A stretch of 64,000 nt of DNA from positions 45,384,001 through 45,448,000 of the forward strand of contig NC_043000.1 in NCBI RefSeq assembly GCF_006345805.1, given 5' to 3'. The translations under genes and the position numbers were made by a program. Below are positions 1 to 12,890 of the stretch, piece by piece; the first letter of the stretch is position 1, and every line of letters begins with the position of its first letter. The notes under the pieces are model-generated. The model searched no databases. It saw only the letters and a list, made by a program, of their open reading frames with translations, and was not told the DNA's origin. This stretch comes from Octopus sinensis (Eukaryota).

Positions 1-640
1 CACCATATTTATCAACCTTTTTTTCTTTCTTTCTTTCATGATGATATGTTGATCTCTTGGCACTGCCACATCGATTATTAGGCACTCTTGTTTGACCCTC
101 CAAAAGGTTACTATATCAGGCCTTCAGTGCTCTAACACTTTGTCTGTCTGGAAGTCGAAATCTCAGAGGTTTTTTGCCTTCTTCTTTTCATTCATAACCT
201 ATTCCAGTATATGGTGGTACCAAGCACCTGTAAACCTCATATCCATACTTACAGCATAGTAGCCAATGGAGGTTTGGGGCTACCTTGTGATGTCTACGCT
301 TCTACTCTTTCTGTGCAAGACTTTCACAACCATTAACAATGTGAATCATGCTTTCAACTCTCTTCCCACACATTCTACAGAGGTCCGTTGCACTTGTGTG
401 GTATATATTCTCTGTCATTGAGTTGGTATTCAATGCATGGTCCAGGCAGTGATGATTAGGTTTTCAGTTTTCTTTTTTAGATCACCTTTGTTGAGCCATC
501 TCCATGATGCTTCCTTGTCCTTTACTTTGTAGGTTTCACAGTGGAACTGACCATGTAATTGGATACAGAGTAGAGTTTCTGCTTTCTCATTGGATGTTCT
601 TGATTGGAATTCATGAGCACTCTCAAATCCATTTTAGTAA
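1..640 (-). mobile_element. R4/Dong-type non-LTR retrotransposon, decayed C-terminal fragment (CCHC knuckle + RLE endonuclease)
   Basis: Minus-strand translation gives QLHGQFH, SWRWLNKGDLKKKTENLI, CRMCGKRVESMIHIVNGC and DFDFQTDKVLEH.RPDIV...CLIIDVAVP, with stops and frameshifts. Confidence 0.9.
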
Positions 641-1139
641 AAACCCTTATTATTATTATTATTATTATTATTTTTTTTTTTTCCTTCTTTCTTCAAATTT
701 TCTTCCATTCTTTGCTGAGTGTTTTCCGTACACCTAGGGCAGAGAAGCTCATTGTATGCATTCCCAGATTACACACACAAATTCACAGGTAAAATATGTA
801 TTTAAAAAATTAATAGATAAATAAATAAATTCATGAATGGATGTTGTTTTCACAGTGATAATGCTCTTCTCAGTACATGAATCATTCCAGTTAACATGAT
901 TTTTTGCACTTCTTGTAGAGTTAGTAAGCCTGGTATCATTTTCAAATAGGTTTCAATACCTTTTTTATCATTCCTAGAGATCCTACAATCACTGGTAGTG
1001 TAGTCACCTTGAGATGGCATGTTTTTTTAATCTCTATTAGCAAGTCTTTATATTTACTGATCTTAAAAAATTCTTTTGCTGCTATATTGTGATTGCAAAG
1101 AATACTCATGTCAATTAATTAATTAATTAGTAAACAAAT

Positions 1140-1140
<1 letters not shown>

Positions 1141-1170
<30 letters not shown>

Positions 1171-1241
1171 TGTTGTTGTTGTTGTTGTAGTATTAATAGT
1201 AGTAGTAGTAGTAGTATTAATAGTAGTAGCAGTAGTATTAA

Positions 1242-1300
<59 letters not shown>

Positions 1301-1312
1301 ACAGTAGCAGCT

Positions 1313-1346
<34 letters not shown>

Positions 1347-1360
1347 TGGTGGCAACAGTT
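1141..1360. repeat. compound (TAG)n/(TTG)n/(CAG)n microsatellite
   Basis: Seen directly; explains the poly-Leu ORF 1119-1364. Confidence 0.95.
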
Positions 1361-1434
1361 GCATCGCTGGTGAAAATAATTCATTGTTCCTGTCCTCAAC
1401 ATTTCTGATCTAGTACCTAATTCAGATGCAATAA

Positions 1435-1467
<33 letters not shown>

Positions 1468-1999
1468 GTGAGTCATTGTCCTTTCATGAACTAGAATTTC
1501 CTTTTTTTTTAAATGTCTATTTAATGTGGATTTTTGATATCAACCAATTATAATAGTTCTAAGTTTGTTAGATGTATTAGTCTGATTACCATATTCCTTT
1601 GTGTAATAGTCACCAATTCTGTTTATTTTCAATTTAGTTTTATGTTGTAATAAATATATTTTCAACCTGATATTTCCTCAGGTACTTTGATGATATTAAG
1701 ATTAAAACTTCTGACTCATAGATTGTCTGCTCTAGGTTCACTGTTACAATGATATATATATATCCATTCAATGTCACCAATGACTATATTTCATGACATT
1801 ATACTTGCCCATTTTACAACACATACAGATCACTTCTCGTATAGAATTACTTATACTTTATCTTCTTCAAGTCCATGTAGAGATAAATATTGATAAAAGT
1901 TTTTATATGTTTTCTCTCTTTCTAATATACTTTTCTCAGTTTACATCATTGTAGTACAGCTTTACTTGGACACCAACATCAACTTTTCATTTATATTTC

Positions 2000-2375
2000 T
2001 TGGGCGACCTGCTGTGCTTGAGGAGACCTGTTGAGTCAATTACATCAGCATCAAAATAAAAATCAAATGGAAATTGTAGCTGTGATACCCACCGCTGGTG
2101 GCACATACAAAACACCATCCGAATGTGGCCGATACCAGCTCCACCTTGACTCGCTTCTGTGCTGGTGGCATGTAAAAAGCACCAACCGATCTTGGCACGT
2201 AAAAAGCACCCACTACACTCACAGAGTGGTTGGCGTTAGGAAGGGCATCCAGCTGTAGAAACACTGCAAGATCAGACTGGAGCCTGGTGCAGCCTCCTAG
2301 TTTCCCAGACCCCGGTCAAACCGTCCAACCCATGCTAGCATGGAAAATGGACGTTAAACAATGATGATGATGATG
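2000..2375 (+). mobile_element. RTE-type LINE 3' end (family B)
   Basis: tggttggcgttaggaagggcatccagctg...catgctagcatggaaaatggacgttaaac followed by a (GAT)n tail; homologous to 2672-3290. Confidence 0.8.
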
Positions 2376-2671
2376 AGTTGATTTCACTGAGCCCTTAATC
2401 GGTAAGGTGGTTTATTTTTTGATGATAGAAATAGGAATGGTAAAGTCAATTTGGATGTGTGTGTGTGTGTGTGTATCCGTATAGAGATATAACCAGAAGG
2501 TAGAGAGTTGTAATCAAATGATGCAAAGTCCAATACGCTACCAATTTTACCAAACAGCTACCAATATCTATCTATCTGTCTGTCTGTCTCACTCTCTCTC
2601 CCTCCCCACTCTCTCTCTCTCTCTCAATATATATGTATATATATTTCTTGCAAAGCCGATTTAGCCTCTTT

Positions 2672-3290
2672 CATCATCATCATCATCATCATCGTTTAAC
2701 GTCCGTTTCCCATGCTAGCATGGGTTGGACGGTTTAACTGGGGTCTGGGAAGCCAAAAGGCTGCGCCAGGCCCAGTCTGATCTGGCAGTGTTTCTGCAGC
2801 TGGATGCCCTTCCTAACGCCAACCACTCTAAGAGAGTAGTGGGTGCTTTTTATGTGCCACCTGCACAGGTGCCAGACGAGGCTGGCAAATGACCACGATC
2901 GGATGGTGCTTTTTACGTGCCACCGGCATGGGGGCCAGACGAGGCTGGCAATGGCCACAATCAGATGATGCTTTTTATGTGCCACCGGCACGGAGGCCAG
3001 TCATGGCAGTGCTGGCAACGGCCACATTCGGATGGTTCTCTTACGTGCCACCGGCACTGGTATCTCAACTACAATTTCCATTGATGTTGAAGGATTTCGA
3101 TTTCGATTTTCCCTTGCCTCAACAGGTCTTGACAAGTTGGGTTTGTGTCACAAGAAGGAAAGGTATGCATAAGTGGGCTGGCTACGTCCCAGGTAGAGGC
3201 CACGGGTTATGGTCTCACTTGTCCTGCCGGGTCTTCCCATGCACAGCGTACTTCCAAAGGTCGCAGTCTCTGGTCATTTTCATATAAATA
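2672..3290 (-). mobile_element. 5'-truncated RTE LINE: last codons of ORF plus 3' UTR with internal ~50-bp repeats
   Basis: Minus strand encodes MTRDCDLWKYAVHGKTRQDK*; repeated ggtgctttttacgtgccaccggcac units; (GAT)n tail. Confidence 0.8.
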
Positions 3291-3299
3291 TATATAGTG

Positions 3300-3520
3300 A
3301 GCATATGTGGCTTAGTTGCTCAGGTTTTGATTCCTGGAGATGATGATGGACGATGTATTGTGTTCTTGTGCAAAGCACTTCATTTCATGTAGCTCCAGTC
3401 CACTTAGCTAGCAAAGTCAGTAATCCTACAATGGTCTGTCCTCCAGCCCAATGGTGGAGGGAATATATACACTACAAAATCCCAGTAACTGGCCATAGGA
3501 ATCTATGGCTCAGGAAGGCC
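3300..3520 (+). mobile_element. degenerate CORE-like SINE (family E)
   Basis: gtattgtgttcttgtgcaaagcacttcatttcatgtagctccagtccacttagct resembles the better copy at 60821-61159. Confidence 0.6.
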
Positions 3521-3620
3521 ATTGATCCTTTTTTTTATACACACACACGCATACACATATATATTTGTATGCATGAATATCTAAATTTGTATAAATGTAT
3601 ATGTGTGTGTATACATATAT

Positions 3621-5030
3621 ACAAGCAGAGATACCTGGCATTGCCCGTGTCACATAAAAGAATTAGACTTTCTTTTATATTTTCTCTAATGAACTGGATT
3701 ACCTATGATTCAAATTTCATCAAAATTGGAAATTAAGAATTTTATTTGGGGTTTTTTCCCTCTTTACACACCCTAACAAAAATTCTAGTCATGACATATT
3801 TATCCCATACTATTCGTCTTCATGCCCAGATCCCCAAAATCTAAATCTTATAAAACCTATTCAAAAGTTTTCCCTCCTGAAAAATGGAGCACATGGAGCT
3901 CTAAAATGTGGGAGTCAAGGCCCCTATTATATGGAGTGGTCTTAAAGTCAACCAGAGAAGTTGGATCGTTTGGAATCTTTTTTAACTTGTGTCTTAAATT
4001 TATTGCTCAAATTTCTTTGAAATTGGAAATATATGAATGTTCACTGGATTTGTGAAAGAGAGCAAAGCTACAGGAAACCAAAAGATGAATGATCACAATA
4101 AGCAGCCAGCTACCCTACACTAGTTGTTACCACTCCTCAATATAGGATTCCTCACCATACAGGTTACTGGCACAGCAGTAAGATGCATTATGGATTTATA
4201 GCAACTGGAAAGGTATGAGTTCGCCAATGATCACTATGCTAATAGGTAACTGAACAGAATAAATTTTCAATCTATAAATCTCTTTGAATGACCAATCACT
4301 TATCTGAAAAGGCCTTGAAATCAATGTTACCATCTGGGGACTATGTGTGACCCAGTGATAATAAAAAAAACTCAAAGGAGGTCTGCAACGAAATAACTTT
4401 ACTCAAAATAACACTTTGCAACTGAATCAGTTGAGGCAACGATGCCTCTCCTTTACTTTACAATTTATGCACCACATTGCAGAAATCACAATCTAAGTAT
4501 ATCTCAAAGCAAACTCTTATACTGTTGTACCATTGAATTACAAATAACGCTAATCTTGTATGCTCAGGTGGCTCTACAGCTTCCAAGACTACAATTGTAT
4601 TCGTCTTGGCTTAGGAAAAATTACTAAATTGTTGGGGTTAAGCCCCTATTATAGGGTCTTACTGACTCCTAAGAAGCTAAAATTTTAGGAATATTACTTC
4701 ATTTGTGTCTAATATCTATGGTTAAAATTTCATCAACAGCAAAAATATATGAATTTTCATGGGGGTTACGCCCCTCAATTTCAAACATATACTGCATTAC
4801 ATCTGTTCTTATGCATAGAATATAATTTCCAAATTTCATAAACATCCATTTTGACCTAGTTTTGGATCATGAAAAATGACTAAAATGTAGGAGTTAAGGC
4901 CCTCATTAGGGGGTCTTAGAATCCTCATGAGAAGCAGAAACTTTGGGAACACTTCTTGATGTGTGTCAATTACCTATGGTTGAAATTTCATCAACATCGG
5001 AAATTTATGAATTTTCATGGGGGCACTACA
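3621..5030 (-). mobile_element. Helitron-derived non-coding segment with diverged internal repeats
   Basis: Left end reverse-complements to cacgggcaatgccaggtatctctgcttgt (Helitron 3' hairpin + CTAG-like end); diverged repeat units at ~3900, ~4620-4780 and ~4880-5025. Confidence 0.6.
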
Positions 5031-5039
5031 GAAATTAGA

Positions 5040-5591
5040 GGGGAAAGACAACAACGACTGGAGGCTACAACTCAGTGAAGGGCTGCACTACATTCCTACT
5101 CAAGGCCATGCTCCTCGCGTTGGTCAATGACAGCATTCAACTACGATCCTACAATTGATTTCAGTAATCACTCTGACCTTCAAATGGGCTGCATGTCCAC
5201 AATCTGCCAATTTTGCGGAGCTAAAATGGGGTCTGGAGAAACTTCCAGCATGTGCTGCTCCAACGGTAAGATTATAGTAGCTCTTCTACAAGATCCTCCA
5301 CCCCTTTTGACTGATCTTTTGACAGGGGTGTCTCCTTATTCTCATAACTTTCTCAAGTGGAAACGTGACTACAACTGCGCACTCCAAATGACTTCCTTTG
5401 GTGCCAACACAATATGAGATGGGCATTTCATGCCGTCTTTAAAGTGCAGGGGCAGATTTACCATAGAATTGCTTACCTGCAGCTGCATGATGCTGCCTTG
5501 CCTCAGTTTCATCAGCTCTACTTCGTGGGTGATTACACTGACCAGGCATACTTAACAAACAGCCCTAGGCAACGCCGGGTACGCTTGCTAA
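5040..5591 (+). mobile_element. Helitron RepHel N-terminal fragment joined to a Helitron 3' terminus
   Basis: CQFCGAKMGSGETSSMCCSNGK...DYNCALQMTSFGA and FKVQGQIYHRI are typical of the Helitron region upstream of Rep; ends ccctaggcaacgccgggtacgcttgcta. Confidence 0.88.
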
Positions 5592-6200
5592 TATATATAT
5601 AAACAAGAGATTTAGTCTGTTTGTCCCATAAAACATAATTGAGACACCATCTCATTTATAAGCGTTGGTGTTTTGTTCACTTTCACACTTTAACTATGGT
5701 GATGATAATGATAATGATGGTATGACCAGAGCTAAAGTGCCAAAATTTTCAGAGAACCAACACCTTTCAATCCCTCTCTCTCTCTCTCTCTCACTCACTT
5801 TCTCTCTATTTATCTTTCTTAACAAAAACATTTCTCATTCCTTTGAGCTATTCTTCTATATGATATACCTATTTTCCTTGCATTATTGTAACATAGCGTC
5901 TGAATTTCATTACTTACTGATAATTATTATAAGAAAATGTTTCATAAAAAATTACCATTACAAAACAAACACTAAACAAATGCAGATCAGCGACAAAGTT
6001 CAACGTGTATCTGAAATCAAACATCAATGAATTGTATGACTTGCAGATAGTAAATAAAGAACGGTAGCTCGATGTGCAGCAGAAAACGAAGACGAAAGAC
6101 ATGCATGACTTGCAGCTGATTGCCTTCGAAAAGCATCACATCATTTGCAAGAAACAAGACAAGAAACTGCAAACAGACTTGCAGATAGCCAACAAAGAAT
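5592..6200 (+). mobile_element. probable Helitron 5' segment with decayed Arg/Glu-rich N-terminal repeats
   Basis: Starts atatatatataaac...gtctgtttgtc; 5980-6200 translates RLADSK.RTVARCAAENEDERHA.LAADCLRKASHHLQETRQETANRLADSQQR. Confidence 0.55.
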
Positions 6201-6717
6201 GATAATGATTTTTCGTCTACTTCAATTATTACATAATTTTCTCTTCGAAAAATGCACACGTACAGGAGGAGCAAATTATACATATAATAATACATTCAAT
6301 GATGTGACTCCAGATAAACTGTAAAAGTAACTACCTGATCAACGATGGGTTTTACTACTAGTAAAAGACTATTATTACTATTTACAGAATTGTAAAAATC
6401 GATGCGGCTTAATAAAACCATCACAGTGAAAACACATGAAAGTTTGTTTACAAAAGCAAATAAGAACCAATTATAGTTCTTAAATCTGACAGAAAGAGGC
6501 AGGTTGGTGTGTTGGTGTAATGGTAGTGGTGTGAGTTCATGTCCCACGTATACAGAAAAAAGTACTTTTTTTCTGTCGAGGGCTTATATGCCCCATTATT
6601 AGACTATTTTCTTTAGTCATTGTGTGGTGATCAGTTATAAGCTTTAAGCTTATAAAATACTATTATTATTATTTACAGATATATATATATATATATATAG
6701 CCTCGTGTTTATATATA

Positions 6718-7100
6718 TATTTGTTTCAGTCATTTGACTGTGGCCATGCTGGAGTACCACCTTTAGTCGACCAAATCGACCCCAGGACTTATTCTTTGTA
6801 AGCCTATTACTTATTCTATTGGACATCCTTGCCGAACCGCTAAGTGATGTGGACGTAAACACACCAGCATCAGTTGTCAAGCGATATTGAGGGGACAAAC
6901 ACAGACACACAAATATATACATACCCATATATATATACAATGAGCTTCTTTCAGTTTCCGTCTACCAAATCCACTCACAAGGCTCTGGTCAGCCCGAGGC
7001 TATAGTAGAAGACACTTGCCCAAGGTGCCACACAGTAAGACTGAACCCAGAACCATGTGGTTGGTAAGCAAGCTACTAACCACACAGCCACTTCTGCACC
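6718..7100 (-). mobile_element. tRNA-derived SINE with CORE-like segment (family A)
   Basis: Minus strand gcagaagtggctgtgtggttagtagcttgcttacc...ggttcagtc...caccttgggcaagtgtcttctactatagcctc; matches five other copies in the window. Confidence 0.9.
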
Positions 7101-7399
7101 TATACACACACACATATACATACTCACCACACACATATATGCCCCCCACACACATATATAATATATAATTTGATTAGAGGTTGCGTTAACCTCATGAAGG
7201 GATGGTTTCATCGAAGGAAATACTGGTTCAATACCTAGTAGTTTGGGGGAATTAATTTCCTTAAAATAATAGGTACATATATATATATATATATATATAA
7301 ACATATAGTTCAAATTCATATAAAAGAAGAAAAAGGAAATGGAGATTGGGAAGTTAATAATTGATTATTATTAACAGCAAATTAATCATCTTCACTGAC

Positions 7400-7975
7400 A
7401 GCTGTTTGAATTAATACGGCAAAAACAGTGAAGTTTGGGGTTAAGAGGTTCATGTTTTGGAGATACATAAAAAGTGATAGTTGAAGAAAGTTGGTTGAAA
7501 TAGATGGTAACTTGAACAGTGCCAACTACATCCAGTTGCCGAAGGACAGTTTGATACCAGACTTGGATGAAGGTGAGATTTTTCAACATGACGGAATTCC
7601 ATGCTACTAATCATGTGCAACACAACAGAGTCTGGCTGATGAAGGTGTGACTTTATTGAAAAATTGGCCAGCTCAGAGCCCTGACTTAAATATCATCAAG
7701 CAAATGTGGACAGAACTAAAGAGAAGAGTTTGTCAGAAGAACCCACACAGTCTTGAAGAGTTCTGAAGATGGTGAAGGATTTGTATGCATCTCTTCTTGG
7801 GCACATTGAAGCAATTATTCAAGCTAAAGGAAGCCACTCAAAATATTAACAATGTACAGTAACTTCTTGAAATGTACATTATATAATAAAATTTCATTAT
7901 AGACATTTTTCTGTTTTAAAACACTGTATTTTGATTGGTTTGTTTGAGATGACTGAAACCTTTTGCACGACCATT
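7400..7975 (+). mobile_element. Tc1-family transposase C-terminal fragment and probable 3' TIR
   Basis: TVKFG..FMFW...IDGNLNSANYIQ...FQHDGIPC...WPAQSPDLNIIKQMW...IIQAKGSHSKY*; in-frame stops. Confidence 0.9.
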
Positions 7976-10069
7976 TTTGGTGGTCGTCTCACATCTTCCC
8001 CTCTCATTCTGAACCCCTACTACACAATATAATGATTAGGTATGGAAATGATTCCAACAGGGCCAATGTTTCATCTGAAAAAAAAAAACCAAACAATGTG
8101 AAACATTCATCTATAAGCTGGCAATCTGTAGAAATCTGCAATAGTTTAAAGTAGCTGAAGACTTTTGCATGGTATTGTATAAGTATATATGTATGTATAT
8201 ATGCACATATATATATGTGTGTGTGTGTATGTATATATGCGCACACATATATACACATATATACATACAAAAATGTGTCTGTATATATATATATATATGG
8301 CTGTGTATATACATAAATATCCATCTCTCTCACTCACTCTCTCTTTCTTTTTTCTGTCTTTCTGTGTCTATCTATATATATATATATTCATACATATATA
8401 ATATGAAAACATTATATACGAGACAGTATGTTCTGACAGAGACCACCACCACAATCATTGCTAGTCTCCTACATCTATGATAATATATATGATTTGTCAG
8501 TTTATTTAGTGTGAAGTTATCTGATAACCTAGTAATGGTAACAATTTGTTGTGCATCTAATTATCAAGTCTATATCACACAACTAAGGAGAGACATATTT
8601 GTTATAAACATTAAATTGTTTGATCTGAGGAAGAGATCTGAAAATATAGATCAGAGCATTGTTGTCTTTATGACAGAGAAGCTCATAAAAATACAGATTC
8701 TGAGGAAAGTAGTGGCAGTCTACATCAGTAAAAGTTATACACGGAAATTCATCAGGAAGATAGAAAGAGAGATTATTGCCCATAGGACAAAAATCAAAAT
8801 GAAATTTATTCCTGCTCATATGCTGACCACAATTCATATTTGATTTATTTTCCTATGCTTAATGTCTCCAAAAGTTCAATAAATGAGTTGGTTCATCACT
8901 AATTAGACTAGAAGCTTAAAGAATTATTTATTGGCATCTTTGACTACATCTGGCCTCTTTTCTCCCTTTTACAATAGCTGACATTCAAAAGAATCACATA
9001 ACTTTGTTCTAATAATCAAACTGTAATAAATTACTCAACAGAAGCTATTATTTCTATCTCTTGTGCTTTGATGCATCATGGAAATATAAATTATTTGCAG
9101 TGTTATTCATTGTAGAGAATTTATCTTTGGCGAACTATTTTACTGGAAGGATCTATTCAACCAAAATAAATAAATATATAAGTAAATAAAATAAAAGCTT
9201 ATTCTTATTTACTAAAAGGTACTTGCTGCATTTCCATTTCAACCATGATTTCTATTTCATAAGAAATTGCTGTTGAAATATATATATTTAAAACTAGTTG
9301 TGCTTATTTTATTTTATTCAGTTCATAATTACATCAGAAAATAGGGATATGCGTATGATTCTACATAGTTAAGTAAGTGCTATTTTGGGACCCGAAATTT
9401 TGTTTTCTTCAGAATTGAATTCTAACAGCAAGCGATTTACTTCTCGAGAGAGGGAAATATATAAAATCATTTGCACAATAAATTTTGGTAATTTTTCTTC
9501 TAAATGCATTACTCAGGTGATAACCATAGGGAAGATATCCAACGCACAGCAATTTGGAAATGCATCTTAGATTTTGCAACAGAAACATTTCCTAACTCTC
9601 TCAACGTTCAGTATGTAAAAGTTTGAGGGAATATTGCATTACAGCTGTTTGTTGCATCATTCACCTTTAAAGTAGCAATGTTCTGCATTATCACAATGTG
9701 CCTAAAAGCTACATTTTTCTCAGACATCCTACTGTTTTACAAATGTAATCGCTGCCTGCACCAGATTGTCATTTCAGTCTGTAAAGTAGTTATAAAATTC
9801 CAATCTTTTCTTTAACATATTATTGGTAGGTTTTAGTAATACCTCACTTTCTTCTCACTACATATCAAGATACAAAGTTCAACTTGTCAAATATTTGAAA
9901 TAAAGTTGAACAGAGAAGTTATAAAACAATTGTTTCAATTACTCATTTGCAAGTGTATGCATTTAAACTAACTGAGCTTCTTATTTAAATTTCAATGAAT
10001 TTTAAATAATGAAGTAAATCATTATGAACTCAAGGTTTATCATTATTTATTTATTCTGCTAACAGGCAG

Positions 10070-10230
10070 AAATTTTTGTACACTGGGCAATATGCTTAGA
10101 TGCATTTTGTCCATTTTGACATTCTGTCGCGGTCAACTTTGCCTTTCATCCTTTAGGGGTCAATAAAATCATGCCAGTAATCAATTAGCCTCCCAAACCC
10201 TGAAATGTTCGGCCCTGTACCAAAACTTGA
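10070..10230 (+). mobile_element. Deu/Nin-domain SINE (family C), degenerate
   Basis: ggtcaactttgcctttcatcctttaggggtcaataaa. Confidence 0.75.
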
Positions 10231-11239
10231 AATGTATATTTTATGTATTTATTTCTTTGTTTCATTATTTCAGTCGATTTTACAGGCTGCATCCATTAAC
10301 TTGAGTTATAATAATATAGTTATAATTCTTCAAGAACTGCAGCAATTCAACAGCTGCCGGAAAACACATTTGGTGAGGAAATTTTAATGTGATGGTGATC
10401 TAGGGGGGATCTGTAATTGACAGTGGAGGACCAGAGAATGGTGGTGAGGGACACAGTATGGATGACACAAAGGCAGACAGGAGTGAGTCAGGCATTCTCA
10501 AGCTGTGATGATGTGGGGCTAACCAACTCAGTGTAGCAAAAGGCCACTGGAATAAATGCAGAAAAAAATCAGAGAGAGGACACAGCACATCTGTGAACCA
10601 GAGGCTAGCATGTAATGATAAAGAATTTCATGTCAGACATTGAATGATTTTTTTTTTGATACAATCTAGAATGTTTGCATATGTAGCAGCAGAATTGCTC
10701 CAGATGATGAAATAGGGCTCCAAGAGTCTTGTTGGAGATTTGAAGTGGGCTGGTAGTTGCTAAGAGTTGAACTAATTTCTGTCAATGTTACTTAGGTGAA
10801 TATGCATTTTCAAGGAGAGATCTTCATTGATGGGAATATCTACAATTTGCAGTGATCTCATGAGATCTAAATGCATGAAACATATGTAGCCTGGATGTTA
10901 TCTACTCCATCCCTTAACTCTTGGATTTATATATATATATGCACCATTGCATCATAAAATAAAATTAAAATTCAGTTTTTGGTCATGTAAGGGTGCGAAC
11001 TATTTCCATATCAGAAAAAAATGTGATCTAAAATTTCTAAAAATGAAGCAATTTTGCTAAATCAAGGTTTTGTTCATATGGTTGATATACAAACCATATT
11101 GAATTTCAAACAATAACAAGACAGGAAATTGTCTCTAGCATTATAAAAAGTGCTCACTTTTTTAAATAGTAATATATGTAAGTGTTACTAAATGTGTTGA
11201 GTGCCTTGTTCATTTGTCCACTCACCATATCTATATCAT

Positions 11240-11400
11240 CATCATTATCACCATCATTTAACATTCACTTTCCCTGCCAGTATGAGTTGGACAGGTCTAC
11301 TGGAGCTGGGAAACTGGAGAGTTGTACCAGGTCCCAGTCTGATTTGGCATGGTTTCTATGGCTGGATGCCCTTCCTAATACCATCCACTCTAAGAGTGTA
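11240..11400 (-). mobile_element. RTE 3' end fragment (family B)
   Basis: ggctggatgcccttcctaa with (CAT)n tail. Confidence 0.75.
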
Positions 11401-11639
11401 TGTATATATGTATGTATGTATGTTAGTCAAAAATAGGCCAGCATAGAACATGAATTTTAGTGTTTATGATGCTATATATATGTGTGTATATATATGTATA
11501 TAGGTATCAGTTAGAGAGGTTTAATACCTCTAAGGGATAGTTAAATCCATAGTCGCTCCTGGTTATTTCTTGGGTACATACAGTCTTTTGTAAGGTTGTA
11601 CGATGGTAGGTGGTTTGGTTGGTAAACTGAAGTTTAGGT

Positions 11640-12002
11640 TATATAGGAGAAGAAAATGGATATAATAACATTGGGAAGCTCGTGGATTTTGCTGTTATGT
11701 CTTTAATTAATTGGATAACAAAGAAGGAAGAAGCAGAGATGAAGGTAGCATTTACGATTGTTTCAATTATCACTTTTGTTTACATTACCATCACATATGT
11801 ATCAATTATTTTCACATCCTAACCAGTGCATCTATATATATTTGTATTCTGAAGGGATTTACTTAAACCAGTAAATTGAAATGATCGTAAATGCCACCTT
11901 CATCTCTGCTTCTTCCTTCTTTGTTATCTAATTAATTAATGACATACCAGTGAAAACCACAACCTTCCCAATGTTATTATATCCATTTTCTTCTCCTATA
12001 TA
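11640..12002. mobile_element. palindromic Penelope pseudo-LTR-like element
   Basis: Inverted arms 11640-11768 and 11874-12002; right end abuts (TA)n; hammerhead motif inside. Confidence 0.75.
11844..11894 (+). ncRNA. type I minimal hammerhead ribozyme motif, slightly decayed
   Basis: GTATT-CTGAAGG-GATTTACT(TAAACC)AGTAAATT-GAAA-TGATCG-TA-AATGC; all three stems can pair; A9 is G and stem III would be CGATCG before CpG decay. Confidence 0.7.
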
Positions 12003-12164
12003 TATGTATATATATATGTATTTATATTATATATTTATATTTATATTATATAATATAAATAAATATTTTCAAAGTGGAAAGATTTACAGATTTTTTCTCT
12101 TACGAGGTTTTTCATGCTAACTACTGATAATTTCTTATAAAGATTTTATCCTTAATTTTAAATT

Positions 12165-12258
<94 letters not shown>

Positions 12259-12371
12259 CAACAAACTGAGGAAAAGAAACCCTTCAAAGGGGAATGTTAA
12301 TCATCCAGTTCACTGGTACTTCAGTTGGATATGATATAAATATTGGTATAATTCAATAATAAAGATTAAAG

Positions 12372-12890
12372 AAAATAAAAACCATAAAAGGCCAACAAAT
12401 TGTTTCAACTTATATATATGCTTTCTGATATACATAATCACAGTTCCATTATATATACAGTCACTTCAGGGTCTTTGGTTTAGAAAAAGGTGAAATTCCA
12501 TGTGAAAGGATGGCTGGATTGTAAAAATTAATTCAAAGGTCTGTTATAAGCGCGAAAGGGTTTCAACTCGTATGTGTTTGAGATGTAATGAAGTGAATTT
12601 CGATAGTTATGGATTGCACTTACTTGATACTATCATCCATTGAAGTAATTTTGTTGTATTTTAATTGTAATTGATGTATGATTGAATAGTTAATGCTCAT
12701 GCTGATAACATAGACATTTGAATTCAGTTTTACAATCCAGTCCTTTCACACAGAATTTCACCTTTTTCTAAACCAAAAACCCTGAAGTCACTATATATAT
12801 AAAGGAACTGTGATAATGTATATCAGAAAAAAAATATATATATAAGTCAAGACAATATGTTGGTCTTGTATGGCTTTTATAATTATTTAT
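12372..12890. mobile_element. palindromic element with decayed hammerhead motifs in both arms
   Basis: Arms ~12372-12535 and ~12720-12890; arm consensus GACC-CTGAAGT-GACT...AGTC-GAAA-CAATWTG-TT-GGTC. Confidence 0.7.

Noticed and set aside
6573-6593. CTGTCGA-GGGC(TTATAT)GCCC hammerhead-like 5' half
   Set aside because: No GAAA or UH follows
8511-8843. 110-aa non-repetitive ORF
   Set aside because: Non-ATG start, no recognisable domain, antisense ORF of similar size; no support for coding
9322-9516. Strong acceptors at 9321 and 9411 with short open frames
   Set aside because: Donors are weak or imply a ~44-nt intron or a stop; no recognisable product
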